Positions 1 through 10,318 are shown, counted from the first letter of the stretch. The stretch: 64,000 bases of DNA from Gammaproteobacteria bacterium (GCA_021156105.1 JAJNBD010000007.1:52945-116944); one strand, 5' to 3'. The notes: a model not told the origin generated them from the letters alone. Translations and numbers: made by a program.

Positions 1-1
1 A

Positions 2-340
2 GGTAAAGGTGGACGAGATATTTTAGAGAAAACGCTGTTAGCACGCGGTGCAATCGTATATACTATGGACTGTTATGAACGCCGCCCTAAGCAAATTGAC
101 TTAACAAATGCCTTGAAAATCTGGCAAAATAATTATGTTCAGTTCTTGCTAATAGCGAGTGAGGAAAGCTTAAATGCTTTTACCACTCAAGTGGATCAGG
201 CTTGGTTATACAGTTTAACGCTTATAGTAACTAGCGAGCGTTTAGAACAAATCGCGCGAAACAAGGGATTTGGCCAAATTTTGCGTGCCAAACATTTTAC
301 AGTTGAAGACATTTTAAACACTATGGGTGCCTACTTATGA
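2..340 (+). CDS. hemD: uroporphyrinogen-III synthase, C-terminal part (gene starts before window)
   Basis: ORF is open from the window edge. Position immediately upstream of hemX-hemY with an ATGA stop/start overlap. Weak sequence recall only. Confidence 0.5.
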   Translation, partial: GKGGRDILEKTLLARGAIVYTMDCYERRPKQIDLTNALKIWQNNYVQFLLIASEESLNAFTTQVDQAWLYSLTLIVTSERLEQIARNKGFGQILRAKHFTVEDILNTMGAYL

Positions 341-1530
341 TGAACGAAGAACAAACTTCTACCCCCTCAACCCCGGTGAAAAAGAGCCGCTCATGGATTA
401 GCTGGGTTGCGCTACTCGCGATTTTGATTGCACTTGGCGCCTGGTTTCAATTAGTTCATCAACAAAAACGTAGCACAAAAAATTATAGTCAGTTACAAAG
501 TAGCTTTCACCAAACGCTAACTGATACGGCCCAGTTAAGCCAAACGATTACTGATTTGCAGACGCAAATTGCCAACCAAAGCCAACAGTTACAAGCGCTA
601 CAAGCAACCTTTAACCGTATGCAAGCCGCAAATTCTGGTTATGAAACGGATATTGCTTTACAACAAGTCGACCATTATTTATTACAAGCAAATTTAACCC
701 TCACTTTTAACCATGACATTGCGGGTACTATTGCGTTACTACAAGCGGCCGATCAACGTTTAAATGCTGTTTCAAATTCTCAAGTTATTTCTCTACGTCA
801 AGCATTAGCAAGCTGCATTGTTAAATTACAAGCTTTGCCGCAATTAGACTATGTCGGTATTCTGACAAAAATTAATGCCCTTAGCCAACAAACAGCAACT
901 TTGCCATTATTTGCAATTACCACCAAAACGCAAATGTTTCACAATGCGCCAGAAAACACACCAAGCAATAACCTTGCGCTTGCAAAGACCACTTGGCAAA
1001 AAACTTGGGCACAAACCTTAGAAACTTTAAAAACGTTAGTGGTTGTTCGTAATCGTCATGAAGATATCACACCGTTAATTTCTGATACACAAGAACAATT
1101 TTTACGTCAGAACTTACAACTCATTTTGCAGCAAGCTTCTTGGGCCGTATTACAGCATAACCAAAGCATTTATACTTTTAGCTTAACCCAGGCAAGCGAA
1201 TGGATTCAGCGATACTTTGCCGATAACAACCCAGCGAATCAAGGCTTTCAAACAAACATTCAGCAACTACAGCAAATTGATCTTGAGCCAAAATTACCGG
1301 ATATTGGCGCACTGATGAACCAACTACATACACTACAGTTAGAAATTAATAAATCTCGCACGCTTTCTCTAGGAAAACCTGTAACAAAAAACTTGGATGA
1401 AGAAGATGAGACAGACACTTCCCCAACACCTGATACAAAGCCAGCCCCTAACCCTTCCATACAAAAACCTGCAATACCAGCTGCTCCCACAAAACCCAAA
1501 CTCTCTGATTCAAAAGGAGAGTTAGTATGA
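337..1530 (+). CDS. hemX: HemX-like membrane protein (putative uroporphyrinogen-III C-methyltransferase-like)
   Basis: N-terminal TM helix, long Q-rich coiled-coil, Pro/acidic tail. Classic hemD-hemX-hemY order. Start codon overlaps the hemD stop. Confidence 0.7.
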   Translation: MMNEEQTSTPSTPVKKSRSWISWVALLAILIALGAWFQLVHQQKRSTKNYSQLQSSFHQTLTDTAQLSQTITDLQTQIANQSQQLQALQATFNRMQAANSGYETDIALQQVDHYLLQANLTLTFNHDIAGTIALLQAADQRLNAVSNSQVISLRQALASCIVKLQALPQLDYVGILTKINALSQQTATLPLFAITTKTQMFHNAPENTPSNNLALAKTTWQKTWAQTLETLKTLVVVRNRHEDITPLISDTQEQFLRQNLQLILQQASWAVLQHNQSIYTFSLTQASEWIQRYFADNNPANQGFQTNIQQLQQIDLEPKLPDIGALMNQLHTLQLEINKSRTLSLGKPVTKNLDEEDETDTSPTPDTKPAPNPSIQKPAIPAAPTKPKLSDSKGELV

Positions 1531-2711
1531 AACGTCTCATAACGCTACTAATTATTTTAGGTTTTGCTGCCTGGGCTGGCATTAGCATCGCTAAAGATCC
1601 AGGCTATATGCTACTTGCTTGGCATCAATGGACCCTCGAAACGCCTTTATGGTTCGGAATTATCCTTTGGTTAGTTTTTGCTTTTGCAATTATTTTTCTT
1701 GTTACCATTTGGCGGATGTTTGGTAATATTTCAAGCAATTGGCATGCATGGCGTAAACGCCGTAAATTAACCCGCTCAAATAACTTAACCATACGTGGCT
1801 TACTTGAATGTATCGAAGGTTATTATGAAAGCGCCGAAAAAAATATTAACAAAGCATTACCCAATGCTGAAATTCCGCTTGTTGATTATATCATTGCTGC
1901 TTACTGCGCCAATCAATTAGGTAAAACAGAAGCACGTGATACTTACCTATTGAATGCCAAAAATCTAGTTCCTGATGCAGAATCAGCCATTCACTTATTA
2001 AAAATCCAATGGCTCATTGCACAAAATGAAGTCAGCCAAGCTCAAACAGAACTTGATTTATTATTAAGTGAAGACCCTTACCAACCACGCGCATTAATGC
2101 TTGCCAAAGAGTTGCATCTGCGCGCAGGGCATTGGGATCCCCTTTTAAAAATTACCCAACTATTACGCAAGCGCAAAATTATTACGCCTGAAGCGCATGA
2201 AGATTTACAAAGCAAAGCTTATGCAGCCAAAATACTTGAAGCGGCTAATAGCAAAGATGTTAAAACCCTTAATGCTTGTTGGCTAACGATTCCTAGCCAG
2301 TATCAAACACTGCCCTCGCTGGTTTTAGTCTATGCGAAAGCCTTAGTTGATTTAGACCAAGGTAACATGGCTGAAGAAGCTTTACGCGATAGTTTGAAGA
2401 AATATTGGGATGATGAATTAGTGCGCTGCTATGGTTTAGCCGTCACGAACAATATTGAAAATCAATTGAAACAAGCAGAAAAATGGTTGCCTGATCATGA
2501 AAATGATGCCGTTTTATTGTTAACATTAGGCCGCCTATGTGCGCGCGCACAATTATGGGCAAAAGCACGTAGTTATCTGGAAGCTAGCCTCAATCTTGCA
2601 GAAACGCCAGAAACTTACCATGCTTTAGCCGAATTAGCACAAAGCCATCAAGAATATGCCAAAGCAGCGGAGTATTATGCAAAAGGTTTAATGTTGTCGC
2701 TGAAAAAATAA
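1527..2711 (+). CDS. hemY: HemY-like TPR membrane protein
   Basis: Two N-terminal TM helices then a TPR-like helical domain, 394 aa. SD AAGGAGAG upstream. Follows hemX. Confidence 0.7.
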   Translation: MKRLITLLIILGFAAWAGISIAKDPGYMLLAWHQWTLETPLWFGIILWLVFAFAIIFLVTIWRMFGNISSNWHAWRKRRKLTRSNNLTIRGLLECIEGYYESAEKNINKALPNAEIPLVDYIIAAYCANQLGKTEARDTYLLNAKNLVPDAESAIHLLKIQWLIAQNEVSQAQTELDLLLSEDPYQPRALMLAKELHLRAGHWDPLLKITQLLRKRKIITPEAHEDLQSKAYAAKILEAANSKDVKTLNACWLTIPSQYQTLPSLVLVYAKALVDLDQGNMAEEALRDSLKKYWDDELVRCYGLAVTNNIENQLKQAEKWLPDHENDAVLLLTLGRLCARAQLWAKARSYLEASLNLAETPETYHALAELAQSHQEYAKAAEYYAKGLMLSLKK

Positions 2712-2725
2712 TCTTCGGAGCCGTG

Positions 2726-3310
2726 TCAGCGGCTCTGAACCCTTAATAAACCATACCGTACCTCACCTGCCACTTGGTTTTTTAAAATTTCAACTTCAGG
2801 TGGTAGCCGGGTTAAATCAAATTGTTTTTCGACTTCAAAATAAATACTGTGCTCGCTTGCAAGCAAATTATTCTGTATCAATATTTCTAAGGCTGGCATT
2901 AAAAGATTACGCTGAAATGGCGGATCCAGAAAAACAATATCAAACTGTGTCCCTGGAACAAAGGCTGAGTGGAAAAAATCTGCTACTTGAAGGTTTAAAT
3001 TTTCTGCAGCAAATCTTATGGCATTTGCTTTAATTTGAGCCGCAAAGTTTGGATTTTTTTCAAAAGCCATCACACTGGCTGCTCCTCGAGAAAGCGCTTC
3101 TAGTGTCACCGCCCCACTGCCAGCAAATGCATCAAGGCAGCGCGCGCCAGAAATTTTCATCATCAACCAATTAAATAAAGTTTCGCGCACGCGATTAGGC
3201 GTGGGACGAATTTCTTGCGTATCCGGAAATTCAATCCAACGCCCACGCCATTTACCTGCAATAATTTTAATCTTCGACAGCTTCACGATAGATAACAATG
3301 ATATGGCCAA
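2726..3310 (-). CDS. rsmD: 16S rRNA (guanine966-N2)-methyltransferase RsmD
   Basis: Motifs GKWRGR, RPTxxRVRETLFNWL, DAFAGSGA, FLDPPF. Annotated start is TTG and overlaps yhbY, so the true start is uncertain. Confidence 0.8.
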   Translation of the reverse strand: MAISLLSIVKLSKIKIIAGKWRGRWIEFPDTQEIRPTPNRVRETLFNWLMMKISGARCLDAFAGSGAVTLEALSRGAASVMAFEKNPNFAAQIKANAIRFAAENLNLQVADFFHSAFVPGTQFDIVFLDPPFQRNLLMPALEILIQNNLLASEHSIYFEVEKQFDLTRLPPEVEILKNQVAGEVRYGLLRVQSR

Positions 3311-3566
3311 TCGATTGAATTAAATCAGCCTGGTGATGGTTTAAAATGTCGTTCGTGATTGCTTTGCGTGCTTCTTTATCTTCTGCATTAACACGGATTT
3401 TAATTAATTCATGAGCATTTAATGCTTCATCAATCGCCAGATGAACTTCAGGGGTGAGCCCGTTTTGGCCTAATAAAACGACTGGATGTAATTGGTGCGC
3501 CTGACGACGTAATTGGATTTTTTTAGCTTGCTGCATAGTATTTACCTCAGCGCTATTATGAGGCAT
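3267..3566 (-). CDS. yhbY: YhbY/CRS1-family RNA-binding protein
   Basis: 99 aa. The LGQNGLT...ELIKIRV pattern is typical of the CRM domain. Confidence 0.7.
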   Translation of the reverse strand: MPHNSAEVNTMQQAKKIQLRRQAHQLHPVVLLGQNGLTPEVHLAIDEALNAHELIKIRVNAEDKEARKAITNDILNHHQADLIQSIGHIIVIYREAVED

Positions 3567-3620
3567 TTGCCGTTAAGAATCTATACTTTTGGGCTTTCAA
3601 GCGAAGTCTACTTATAATAC

Positions 3621-3648
3621 TTGCCCCGAACTAAACTCGGGGCAAGTG
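3621..3648 (-). terminator. stem-loop terminator downstream of BNR-protein gene
   Basis: Inverted repeat CTTGCCCCGA...TCGGGGCAAG followed by a T-rich run on the minus strand. Confidence 0.45.
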
Positions 3649-3665
3649 CTATTAGGATAGCTATA

Positions 3666-5306
3666 TTACCTAGGCGCGCGTCGCATAACAGAATTTTGGG
3701 TATTTGCTGTTCCATTAAAGCCGCTCTCGTTCGGTATGCTACTAACACTTGGAATAGACCAAGTAGAACCGCCATTTATCGTTTGAGCAACTTTTCCTTT
3801 GTCTGCACCATCTTGTCCTGCTGCCGTACAAACTGCCGTGCTTCCCGACCCTGTGCAATGTACGGCAGCAAGTCTTCCTGCCCCCATACCAGTAACAGGC
3901 TCCCAGCTATTAATGCCAGTGGTAGCTTGGTACAAAGGTGAAACACTTGCATTTCCTGCGGCCGCACATCTCAAGTTAGAACCACTGCCACCAGTACAGC
4001 TCACCTGCGTGAACGATCCGTTTATGTCTGAAACCTGGGTATTTTTAGTCCAAGTTTGTCCCGCGTCTGCACTTGTCATTAGTAAGGTTTGAGAGTAATC
4101 TGCATTCGACCCTACAGCAACACAGGCTGCGCTATTACCACTGCCTGTACAACTAACACTATTTAATCTACCCGCAACTGAAGACGCAAGACTCCAATTA
4201 CCACTCCCATCTCTCGTTGCAATTAAAGTATCACCAGCAACTGTTGATCCTACCGCGACACAACGCTTGTCTGCGTCTGAACCCGTGCAGCTAACGGATG
4301 AAAATGTACCATTATCCGCCGTTAAATTCGAAATCACTGTCCAAGTACTTTCCAAGCCTGAAGTGGATTCCGCAAGCACAGGCGTCGCCGCATTTGAGTT
4401 AACGCCGCCAGCAACACAAAGGGTCGAATTTCCTGTATCAGTACACCCCACCGTGGTAAACGCTATTTCTTCTTCTGAGGGGGAAATAACGTTTAATTTG
4501 CTCCACGTAGCATTTTTACGCAGCAAAAGAAGAGCTTTTCCTGCCGCCCCGCTATTTTCACTTCCAGCGGCGATACAGCTACTATTACTGGCGCTACCAT
4601 CTCCCGTGCAAGCGATACTTTTAAGAAAACCGTCTGTCGCAAAGCTGCTTGTTGTCAACTTGCTCCAAGTTTGACCATCAGTTGTTTGATAAAGCAACAA
4701 CGCGCCGCCGTCAGTCTGCTCTCCTACAGCAGCACAAAAGCCTTGCTGTGTATCGCCTAAACAAGCACTACTATTCAGGTGACCTTCTGTCGCTGTATCA
4801 TTAAGAACCGTCTGCCAAGCACCACCACTGTTTAACGATCCCGCAATAAGCGGATAATAGGTAGAAGACTGAACACTATAGCCAACAGCATTTAAAAATG
4901 GCGATGCGCTTGGCGTTGGTGCCCTGACGGAAAAACTCAGCGTTGGATGATAACCAACACGTTCCCCTTGATAATCTACTTGAAAAAATGATTGATTAAA
5001 ACTTCGAGACACTTGGGAGCTCGTTGGTGAAACATGCACAGTAAAAGTACAGCTCGCATTTAACCTTAAACTACCACCGCAGCTATTGGTCGCTAAGGTA
5101 ACAGGGCTAATAAAACCGCTAATCCCTACAGTAAGGTTATCAACCCCTGTATTGTTTGTCAGCGTATAAGTGACTGTCGTTGTCGTACCCGCCGCTAGAG
5201 CCCCTAAGCTTTTGCTTAATGGCGAAAGTTCGACTGGCTGAATTCCATAAGCTAGCCCTGAGAAAAACAAACATCCTGATGCAACTGTTGTTATTAAACG
5301 TTTCAT
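3666..5306 (-). CDS. secreted BNR/Asp-box 7-bladed beta-propeller protein with N-terminal Ig-like domain
   Basis: Signal peptide. Seven repeats of xSCTGxxxxxxCVAVGS interleaved with SxDxGxTW-like Asp-boxes (TTDGQTWSKL, SADAGQTWTK, INGGSTWSI). Confidence 0.6.
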   Translation of the reverse strand: MKRLITTVASGCLFFSGLAYGIQPVELSPLSKSLGALAAGTTTTVTYTLTNNTGVDNLTVGISGFISPVTLATNSCGGSLRLNASCTFTVHVSPTSSQVSRSFNQSFFQVDYQGERVGYHPTLSFSVRAPTPSASPFLNAVGYSVQSSTYYPLIAGSLNSGGAWQTVLNDTATEGHLNSSACLGDTQQGFCAAVGEQTDGGALLLYQTTDGQTWSKLTTSSFATDGFLKSIACTGDGSASNSSCIAAGSENSGAAGKALLLLRKNATWSKLNVISPSEEEIAFTTVGCTDTGNSTLCVAGGVNSNAATPVLAESTSGLESTWTVISNLTADNGTFSSVSCTGSDADKRCVAVGSTVAGDTLIATRDGSGNWSLASSVAGRLNSVSCTGSGNSAACVAVGSNADYSQTLLMTSADAGQTWTKNTQVSDINGSFTQVSCTGGSGSNLRCAAAGNASVSPLYQATTGINSWEPVTGMGAGRLAAVHCTGSGSTAVCTAAGQDGADKGKVAQTINGGSTWSIPSVSSIPNESGFNGTANTQNSVMRRAPR

Positions 5307-5328
5307 GCTTATGCCCTCTTCGTGTTAA

Positions 5329-6072
5329 TCAAAACTTCCAACTCACTCCTAACATCACACTTTGTGTTCTTAAATTAAATTTCGGTGGCACTTCTAGTGG
5401 AAGGTTTCCGCTATTACCAGCAGCAGAAGATTTTCCTAACGAGCTGTACAAATATTCCACCGAAGCACTTAAGTGTGAAGTAAAATCGCGGCGTACACCC
5501 GCCCCCACATCATAAGCAAGCTGGGCAGTTGTATGAGAGCCTAAGTTATAAGCTGAATTAGGAGGATTACTTGGATCAGCTGATGACTCATAGTAGGAGA
5601 GCTTATTCCATGTTTCACCTATACCAACAACGCCATATGGTGAAAAGCTGTGATAAGTAAAAAGCACGGGTTTAACATCAAACATCACGCGAGTACTGTT
5701 AACAGGCGCCCGAAAATTATAGTTATAAGTATCTGTCGGGTATTGGTAAACTTCTCCTTGCAATGCCCCTGACGAATGATACATATTGACTTGTAATAGA
5801 AGATCATTCAAATAAGTATTTTGTGAAAGCCGGTCAGCAAAAGCATGATAACCAATGCCACATTTCCAAGGCATGCTGGTTACTGTATGTGATACATGCT
5901 CGGTGTTGATATTTGGCGGCGCAACCATCATGGTGCCATTATCTCTATGCAACCAATCGATACCCGTACCAGCAGATATTTCAATATCCTTCAGAAAATT
6001 TGGGGAAAAAGCAAAAGAAGTGCAAGAAACAGCAGACAAAAGAAAAATACATCCAAGTTTTTTAATTTCCAT
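5329..6072 (-). CDS. outer-membrane beta-barrel protein (OmpA-like / MOMP-like)
   Basis: Signal peptide, alternating amphipathic beta-strands, aromatic-rich, C-terminal WKF. Confidence 0.5.
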   Translation of the reverse strand: MEIKKLGCIFLLSAVSCTSFAFSPNFLKDIEISAGTGIDWLHRDNGTMMVAPPNINTEHVSHTVTSMPWKCGIGYHAFADRLSQNTYLNDLLLQVNMYHSSGALQGEVYQYPTDTYNYNFRAPVNSTRVMFDVKPVLFTYHSFSPYGVVGIGETWNKLSYYESSADPSNPPNSAYNLGSHTTAQLAYDVGAGVRRDFTSHLSASVEYLYSSLGKSSAAGNSGNLPLEVPPKFNLRTQSVMLGVSWKF

Positions 6073-6241
6073 GCAAAATCATCCTGATATGCGAACTTTG
6101 ATTATATACAAAAAAATATAAATTGCAATTAAAAAGAAATTTCCTTCTTAACTTTTTTAGCAGCAAGCCATGAAGTGTATCACTGATTCGCGTCCTAGCG
6201 ATATCATGCTAAAATAGCCATTTCATTGACTAAGCTAAGCC

Positions 6242-8212
6242 ATGCCTCGCCAGCTAGGATATAACCCAACGAAACTTGCTGACAAGCAATTTAATAAGCG
6301 TGTAACGCGCTTGCTGATTGCGCTTTTTGGCTTAGTACTTGTTTTAGCGACGCGCCTTTTTTATTTGCAAATTCAGCAGCATCATTATTATTTAGATCAA
6401 GAAGAACGCAACCGTTCAAACTTATTAGCCATTGAACCACGCCGTGGGCTTATTACCGATCGAAACGGTGTTGTACTCGCCAATGATATTACTGTCTATA
6501 GCTTGGTTGTACAGCGCGACAAAGTTAAAGACCTCAAACAAACCCTGGCTCAGTTACAAGACTTGTTAGGTATTTCAGCAAAAGAAATTCAAATATTTTT
6601 AAAAGATGTCAAAAGCCACCCGCGTTTTGCCCCTATTCCTTTAGTTGACCGACTAACAGAAGAGCAAACCGCAAAATTCATGTTAAACCAATATCGTTTC
6701 CCAGGGGTCTCTGCTGAAGTCACTTATATTCGCCATTACCCCCTTGGGGCTGCTATGGCGCCTGTCACAGGCTATGTCAGCCGCATTAATGAAAAAGAGT
6801 TACAGCAAGTTGACCCAGCTAACTATGGCGCAAGTACGAATATTGGAAAAATTGGTGTCGAAAAATATTTTGAAAAAGATTTACATGGCCAAATTGGTTA
6901 CCAACGCATTGCGATGGATGCTTTAGGGAGAAAAACAAAAGAACTTAGCAATATCCCACCGATTCCTGGCAACAATCTCACGCTAACGATTGATAGTCAA
7001 TTGCAAGAAGCAGCATATAAAGCCTTTAATGGTAGTCGCGGCGCACTCGTTGCCATCCAGCCGAGCACAGGGCAAATTTTAGCGCTTGTCAGCAGCCCTT
7101 CATATGACCCTAATCTTTTCGTCAGCGGCATTGATAGTAAAACTTATAACGCACTACAAAAAGATCCTCATCAACCTTTATTTAACCGAGCGATTCGCGG
7201 CCAGTTTCCTTTTGGTTCAACGATTAAACCATTTTATGCTTTACAAGGTTTAGAAACAGGCGCAATTACGCCAAACACAAATGTTTATGACCCCGGCTAT
7301 TTTACTTTGCCTGGAGTAAAACATGTTTGGCACAACTGGACTTGGAACGTGAAACACGGCGGTCAAGGCAATGTTAATGTCACTCGCGCATTAGAGCAAT
7401 CTAACGATACTTTTTTCTTTACCTTAGCCATCAAAATGGGCATCGATAAGATGGCGGATATTTTAAATCAATTTGGTTTTGGTAAAAAAACCAATATTGA
7501 AATGCTGGAAGAAAGTACAGGACATATTGGTACACCAGCTTGGAAGCAAGCTAAAAAGCATGAGAAGTGGTATGCAGGAGATACGGTGTCCGCTGGTATT
7601 GGCCAAGGTTATGTCACAATGACAATCACACAGCTTGCTCAAGGCATTAGCATGATTGCTAACCGTGGCCAACAGCATAAATTGACGCTTTTACTGCAAG
7701 AACAAACACCCGATGGAAAAACTCGGCCTTATGTATCTCCAATGCTGCCTGAAGTAAAATTAAAGCCTCAAACATGGGATGTGGTCATTAATGGCTTACA
7801 GCGTGTGATTGAAGTTGGTACTGGATCCTACCATTTTGGTCAAAAAGAATTTGGCAAGCCTAAATACACAGCGGCAGGAAAAACAGGCACTGCACAAGTT
7901 TATAACTATAAGGGTGTAAAATATAGTAAATCACAAACACCGATCGATCTAAGAGATAATAGTTTGTTTGAAGTTTTTGCGCCAGTTGATAATCCACAAA
8001 TTGCGGTAGCTGTTGTTAACGAGCACGAAGAAAATGCTGGTCTTATCGCAAGGCAAGTGGTCGATTTTTATCTACAAAAGCAAGAGGCGGCAAACGCTAA
8101 ACAGGCTTCCTCGTCAATCGCTGGCGCTTCTCCTGACGACCCGGATGCCGCCGCCGATGAACATCCAGATGATGGCTTAGCTGAAGAAGATGATGAAGAG
8201 GACGATGCCTAA
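6242..8212 (+). CDS. mrdA: penicillin-binding protein 2 (peptidoglycan D,D-transpeptidase)
   Basis: N-terminal TM helix. Active-site motifs STIK, SND, KTG. Unusual poly-acidic C-terminal tail. Confidence 0.9.
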   Translation: MPRQLGYNPTKLADKQFNKRVTRLLIALFGLVLVLATRLFYLQIQQHHYYLDQEERNRSNLLAIEPRRGLITDRNGVVLANDITVYSLVVQRDKVKDLKQTLAQLQDLLGISAKEIQIFLKDVKSHPRFAPIPLVDRLTEEQTAKFMLNQYRFPGVSAEVTYIRHYPLGAAMAPVTGYVSRINEKELQQVDPANYGASTNIGKIGVEKYFEKDLHGQIGYQRIAMDALGRKTKELSNIPPIPGNNLTLTIDSQLQEAAYKAFNGSRGALVAIQPSTGQILALVSSPSYDPNLFVSGIDSKTYNALQKDPHQPLFNRAIRGQFPFGSTIKPFYALQGLETGAITPNTNVYDPGYFTLPGVKHVWHNWTWNVKHGGQGNVNVTRALEQSNDTFFFTLAIKMGIDKMADILNQFGFGKKTNIEMLEESTGHIGTPAWKQAKKHEKWYAGDTVSAGIGQGYVTMTITQLAQGISMIANRGQQHKLTLLLQEQTPDGKTRPYVSPMLPEVKLKPQTWDVVINGLQRVIEVGTGSYHFGQKEFGKPKYTAAGKTGTAQVYNYKGVKYSKSQTPIDLRDNSLFEVFAPVDNPQIAVAVVNEHEENAGLIARQVVDFYLQKQEAANAKQASSSIAGASPDDPDAAADEHPDDGLAEEDDEEDDA

Positions 8213-8233
8213 GCACCAACACAACGGGAGTTT

Positions 8234-8863
8234 ATGATGATTACGCCCAACTGGCCAGCACCAGAGAATATTCACGCACTCACTTTAACCAAAGATGATT
8301 CAATCGCCGACCTGCCGCGGAATGTTGATTTGCGCTTATTGCAACAAGTGCATGAGAACAAAATCATTGAATTTCCCACTCCAGAAATAGAATTAAAAGC
8401 AGATGGTGCTTATACCCATCAAGCTAATATTGCCTGTACGATCAAGACTGCAGATTGTTTAGCCATTTTAATTTGCAGCCACGATGGTCAAGAAGTGGCA
8501 GCGCTACATGGCGGATGGCGCGGCTTAGCGCAAGGAATTATTGCGCAAGGCGTGAAAAAATTCCAAGCCCCCGCACAAGAATTAATCGCCTGGCTAAGCC
8601 CTGCGATTTGCCCGCAACACTATGAAGTTGATCAACAAGTGTTCAATGCTTTTTCTGGTTTAGAACATTGCTTTCATGAAAATCGCCCAGGTCATTGGTT
8701 ATGTGATTTATATGCCATTGCGCGTATGCAATTACAACAAGCTGGTATCGAAAGAGTTTTTGGGGAAACACATTGTACGTTTGAATATGAAGAGGAATTA
8801 TATTCCTATCGCCGGGATCCAACGGACCCCGGGCGATTGTTGCATGTGATTTGGCGAAGGTAA
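8234..8863 (+). CDS. pgeF: YfiH/PgeF-family (DUF152) purine nucleoside phosphorylase / peptidoglycan editing factor
   Basis: TADCLAILIC...ALHGGWRGL motif pattern matches the YfiH family. Confidence 0.7.
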   Translation: MMITPNWPAPENIHALTLTKDDSIADLPRNVDLRLLQQVHENKIIEFPTPEIELKADGAYTHQANIACTIKTADCLAILICSHDGQEVAALHGGWRGLAQGIIAQGVKKFQAPAQELIAWLSPAICPQHYEVDQQVFNAFSGLEHCFHENRPGHWLCDLYAIARMQLQQAGIERVFGETHCTFEYEEELYSYRRDPTDPGRLLHVIWRR

Positions 8864-8867
8864 AAAT

Positions 8868-9647
8868 TTATCTTTTAATTTTGAGTTGAGCTTTGCGCCG
8901 ATCGACTTCTTTGGCCACCGTCACATCAAGTGAGTGAAAAGTCTCTTTTGAAAGTTTAACAACTTTCATAAGCTTAAGCTTTACCTCTCCGTTACCAAGT
9001 GGCATACCAAAGACTACAACGGTGTTAGGGCTGCCGCTCACAGCTTCTAAAGTATTCCCATAGCGAACAGGGTCTTGCCTCTTAACTGCTGCCAGCGCCC
9101 CGATTAAATCATTAACACTTTGAAAAGAATTATCTGCCCCTAATCTTGTAGCTGTATTAGGCAAATATTCATATAGAAAATTAACCGTACTGCTTGGTAT
9201 TGCTGGAGCATCGAGATTCTTGAGAACAGAAACGAGTTCGGCCTTCTTGTCCATTGTTAGCCAGCCTTGTTCCGAAAGAATCGCATTAACATCCCACTCG
9301 TCTGCTTCATCTGCCATAGCGGCCGGGGGAACGCTCTGGGGGATGTATGCATATGTCAAGTTTTCAGCCCCATAAGTCTCCTGAATACGGGGTAAAGCAT
9401 CTTCTAACTCTACTGCTCGGATTGTTACTTCGCTTCTAGCAGCGAGTTGTTGTAGGATTTTATCATTAAAAACATTACTGGAAGCAGGACTGCCCCACTT
9501 AGCAACAGCATAAGAGCCAGTAGTAGCGCTAAGAGCTGAACGGAAATCTTTTGGCGATGAGAATAATTTAACATCCGCAGCAAAAGCCAACGCCGAAGAC
9601 GTTAACGCCACTAATCCAACAGCTAACAATAGTTTTTTCAACTTCAT
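8868..9647 (-). CDS. secreted hypothetical protein
   Basis: Signal peptide (ALAFAA). No recognisable motif. Confidence 0.4.
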   Translation of the reverse strand: MKLKKLLLAVGLVALTSSALAFAADVKLFSSPKDFRSALSATTGSYAVAKWGSPASSNVFNDKILQQLAARSEVTIRAVELEDALPRIQETYGAENLTYAYIPQSVPPAAMADEADEWDVNAILSEQGWLTMDKKAELVSVLKNLDAPAIPSSTVNFLYEYLPNTATRLGADNSFQSVNDLIGALAAVKRQDPVRYGNTLEAVSGSPNTVVVFGMPLGNGEVKLKLMKVVKLSKETFHSLDVTVAKEVDRRKAQLKIKR

Positions 9648-9671
9648 GGTTCATCTCCTTATGTAAAAAAA

Positions 9672-10235
9672 TTATTTTATCGGACGACGATCTTGTCTTT
9701 TAGTCTGTGCCTGTGTTTTTAATAAATCCCTTGCGCTCTGAGACACAGCTGCTGCATAAAGACCATCTAGGTTTTGCACTGCTTGGAAATCCTGCAGAGT
9801 TAAAGCCTCCCTTGCTTTTAACTTTTGCAAAACAAGTTGAAAATCTACTACTTTATCAGGGTTATCCATGCGAACAAGCGTCAATGCTTGACCTAAAACT
9901 TCTCGACGCTGTTTTAGGCCAAATGTAGACTCATACTGCGCAAGCATCTGTCCTGTTTGCGGGAAAACCCTAGTAACAGCGTCAATATTTATCGTAGCAG
10001 CTGCTCTTCTAATGTCTTTATCATTAGTAGCAGCAAAGAAAGCAGCGGTAGAGTGATCAGCTGCAAGAGTGTCCAAAAGAGCCTCATTAATAACCGCACC
10101 AGCCCCGGTTCCTGAAGCCTTAGGCGCAGGAGCAGCAAGACCATCAAGGTCGCCACCAGCATACTGCTCCTGCGAAAACGCCACATGCCCCAAACCTAGT
10201 AAAGCACTTAATAAAACAATTTTATTCATCTTCAT
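9672..10235 (-). CDS. secreted hypothetical protein
   Basis: Signal peptide, Ala-rich helical sequence. Confidence 0.4.
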   Translation of the reverse strand: MKMNKIVLLSALLGLGHVAFSQEQYAGGDLDGLAAPAPKASGTGAGAVINEALLDTLAADHSTAAFFAATNDKDIRRAAATINIDAVTRVFPQTGQMLAQYESTFGLKQRREVLGQALTLVRMDNPDKVVDFQLVLQKLKAREALTLQDFQAVQNLDGLYAAAVSQSARDLLKTQAQTKRQDRRPIK

Positions 10236-10290
10236 TAGTGTAAACTCCTTTTGAAAAAGAAAAATCTTAATTACTCACTAACCCAAGCCC

Positions 10291-10318
10291 TTGCACCCCC
10301 ACTCACTCAAGGTATAAT
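10291..10318 (+). promoter_or_regulatory. sigma70-like promoter for ftsK
   Basis: TTGCAC, 16-nt spacer, TATAAT, about 30 bp upstream of the ftsK ATG. Confidence 0.4.

Noticed and set aside
1260-1499. 79-aa minus-strand ORF inside hemX
   Set aside because: Antisense to a well-supported gene. Low-complexity Ser/Gly/Cys translation typical of an antisense frame.
3621-4674. Several plus-strand ORFs (3621-3941, 3799-4092, 4267-4674) inside the BNR-protein gene
   Set aside because: Antisense shadows of a long, repeat-rich minus-strand CDS. No start context.
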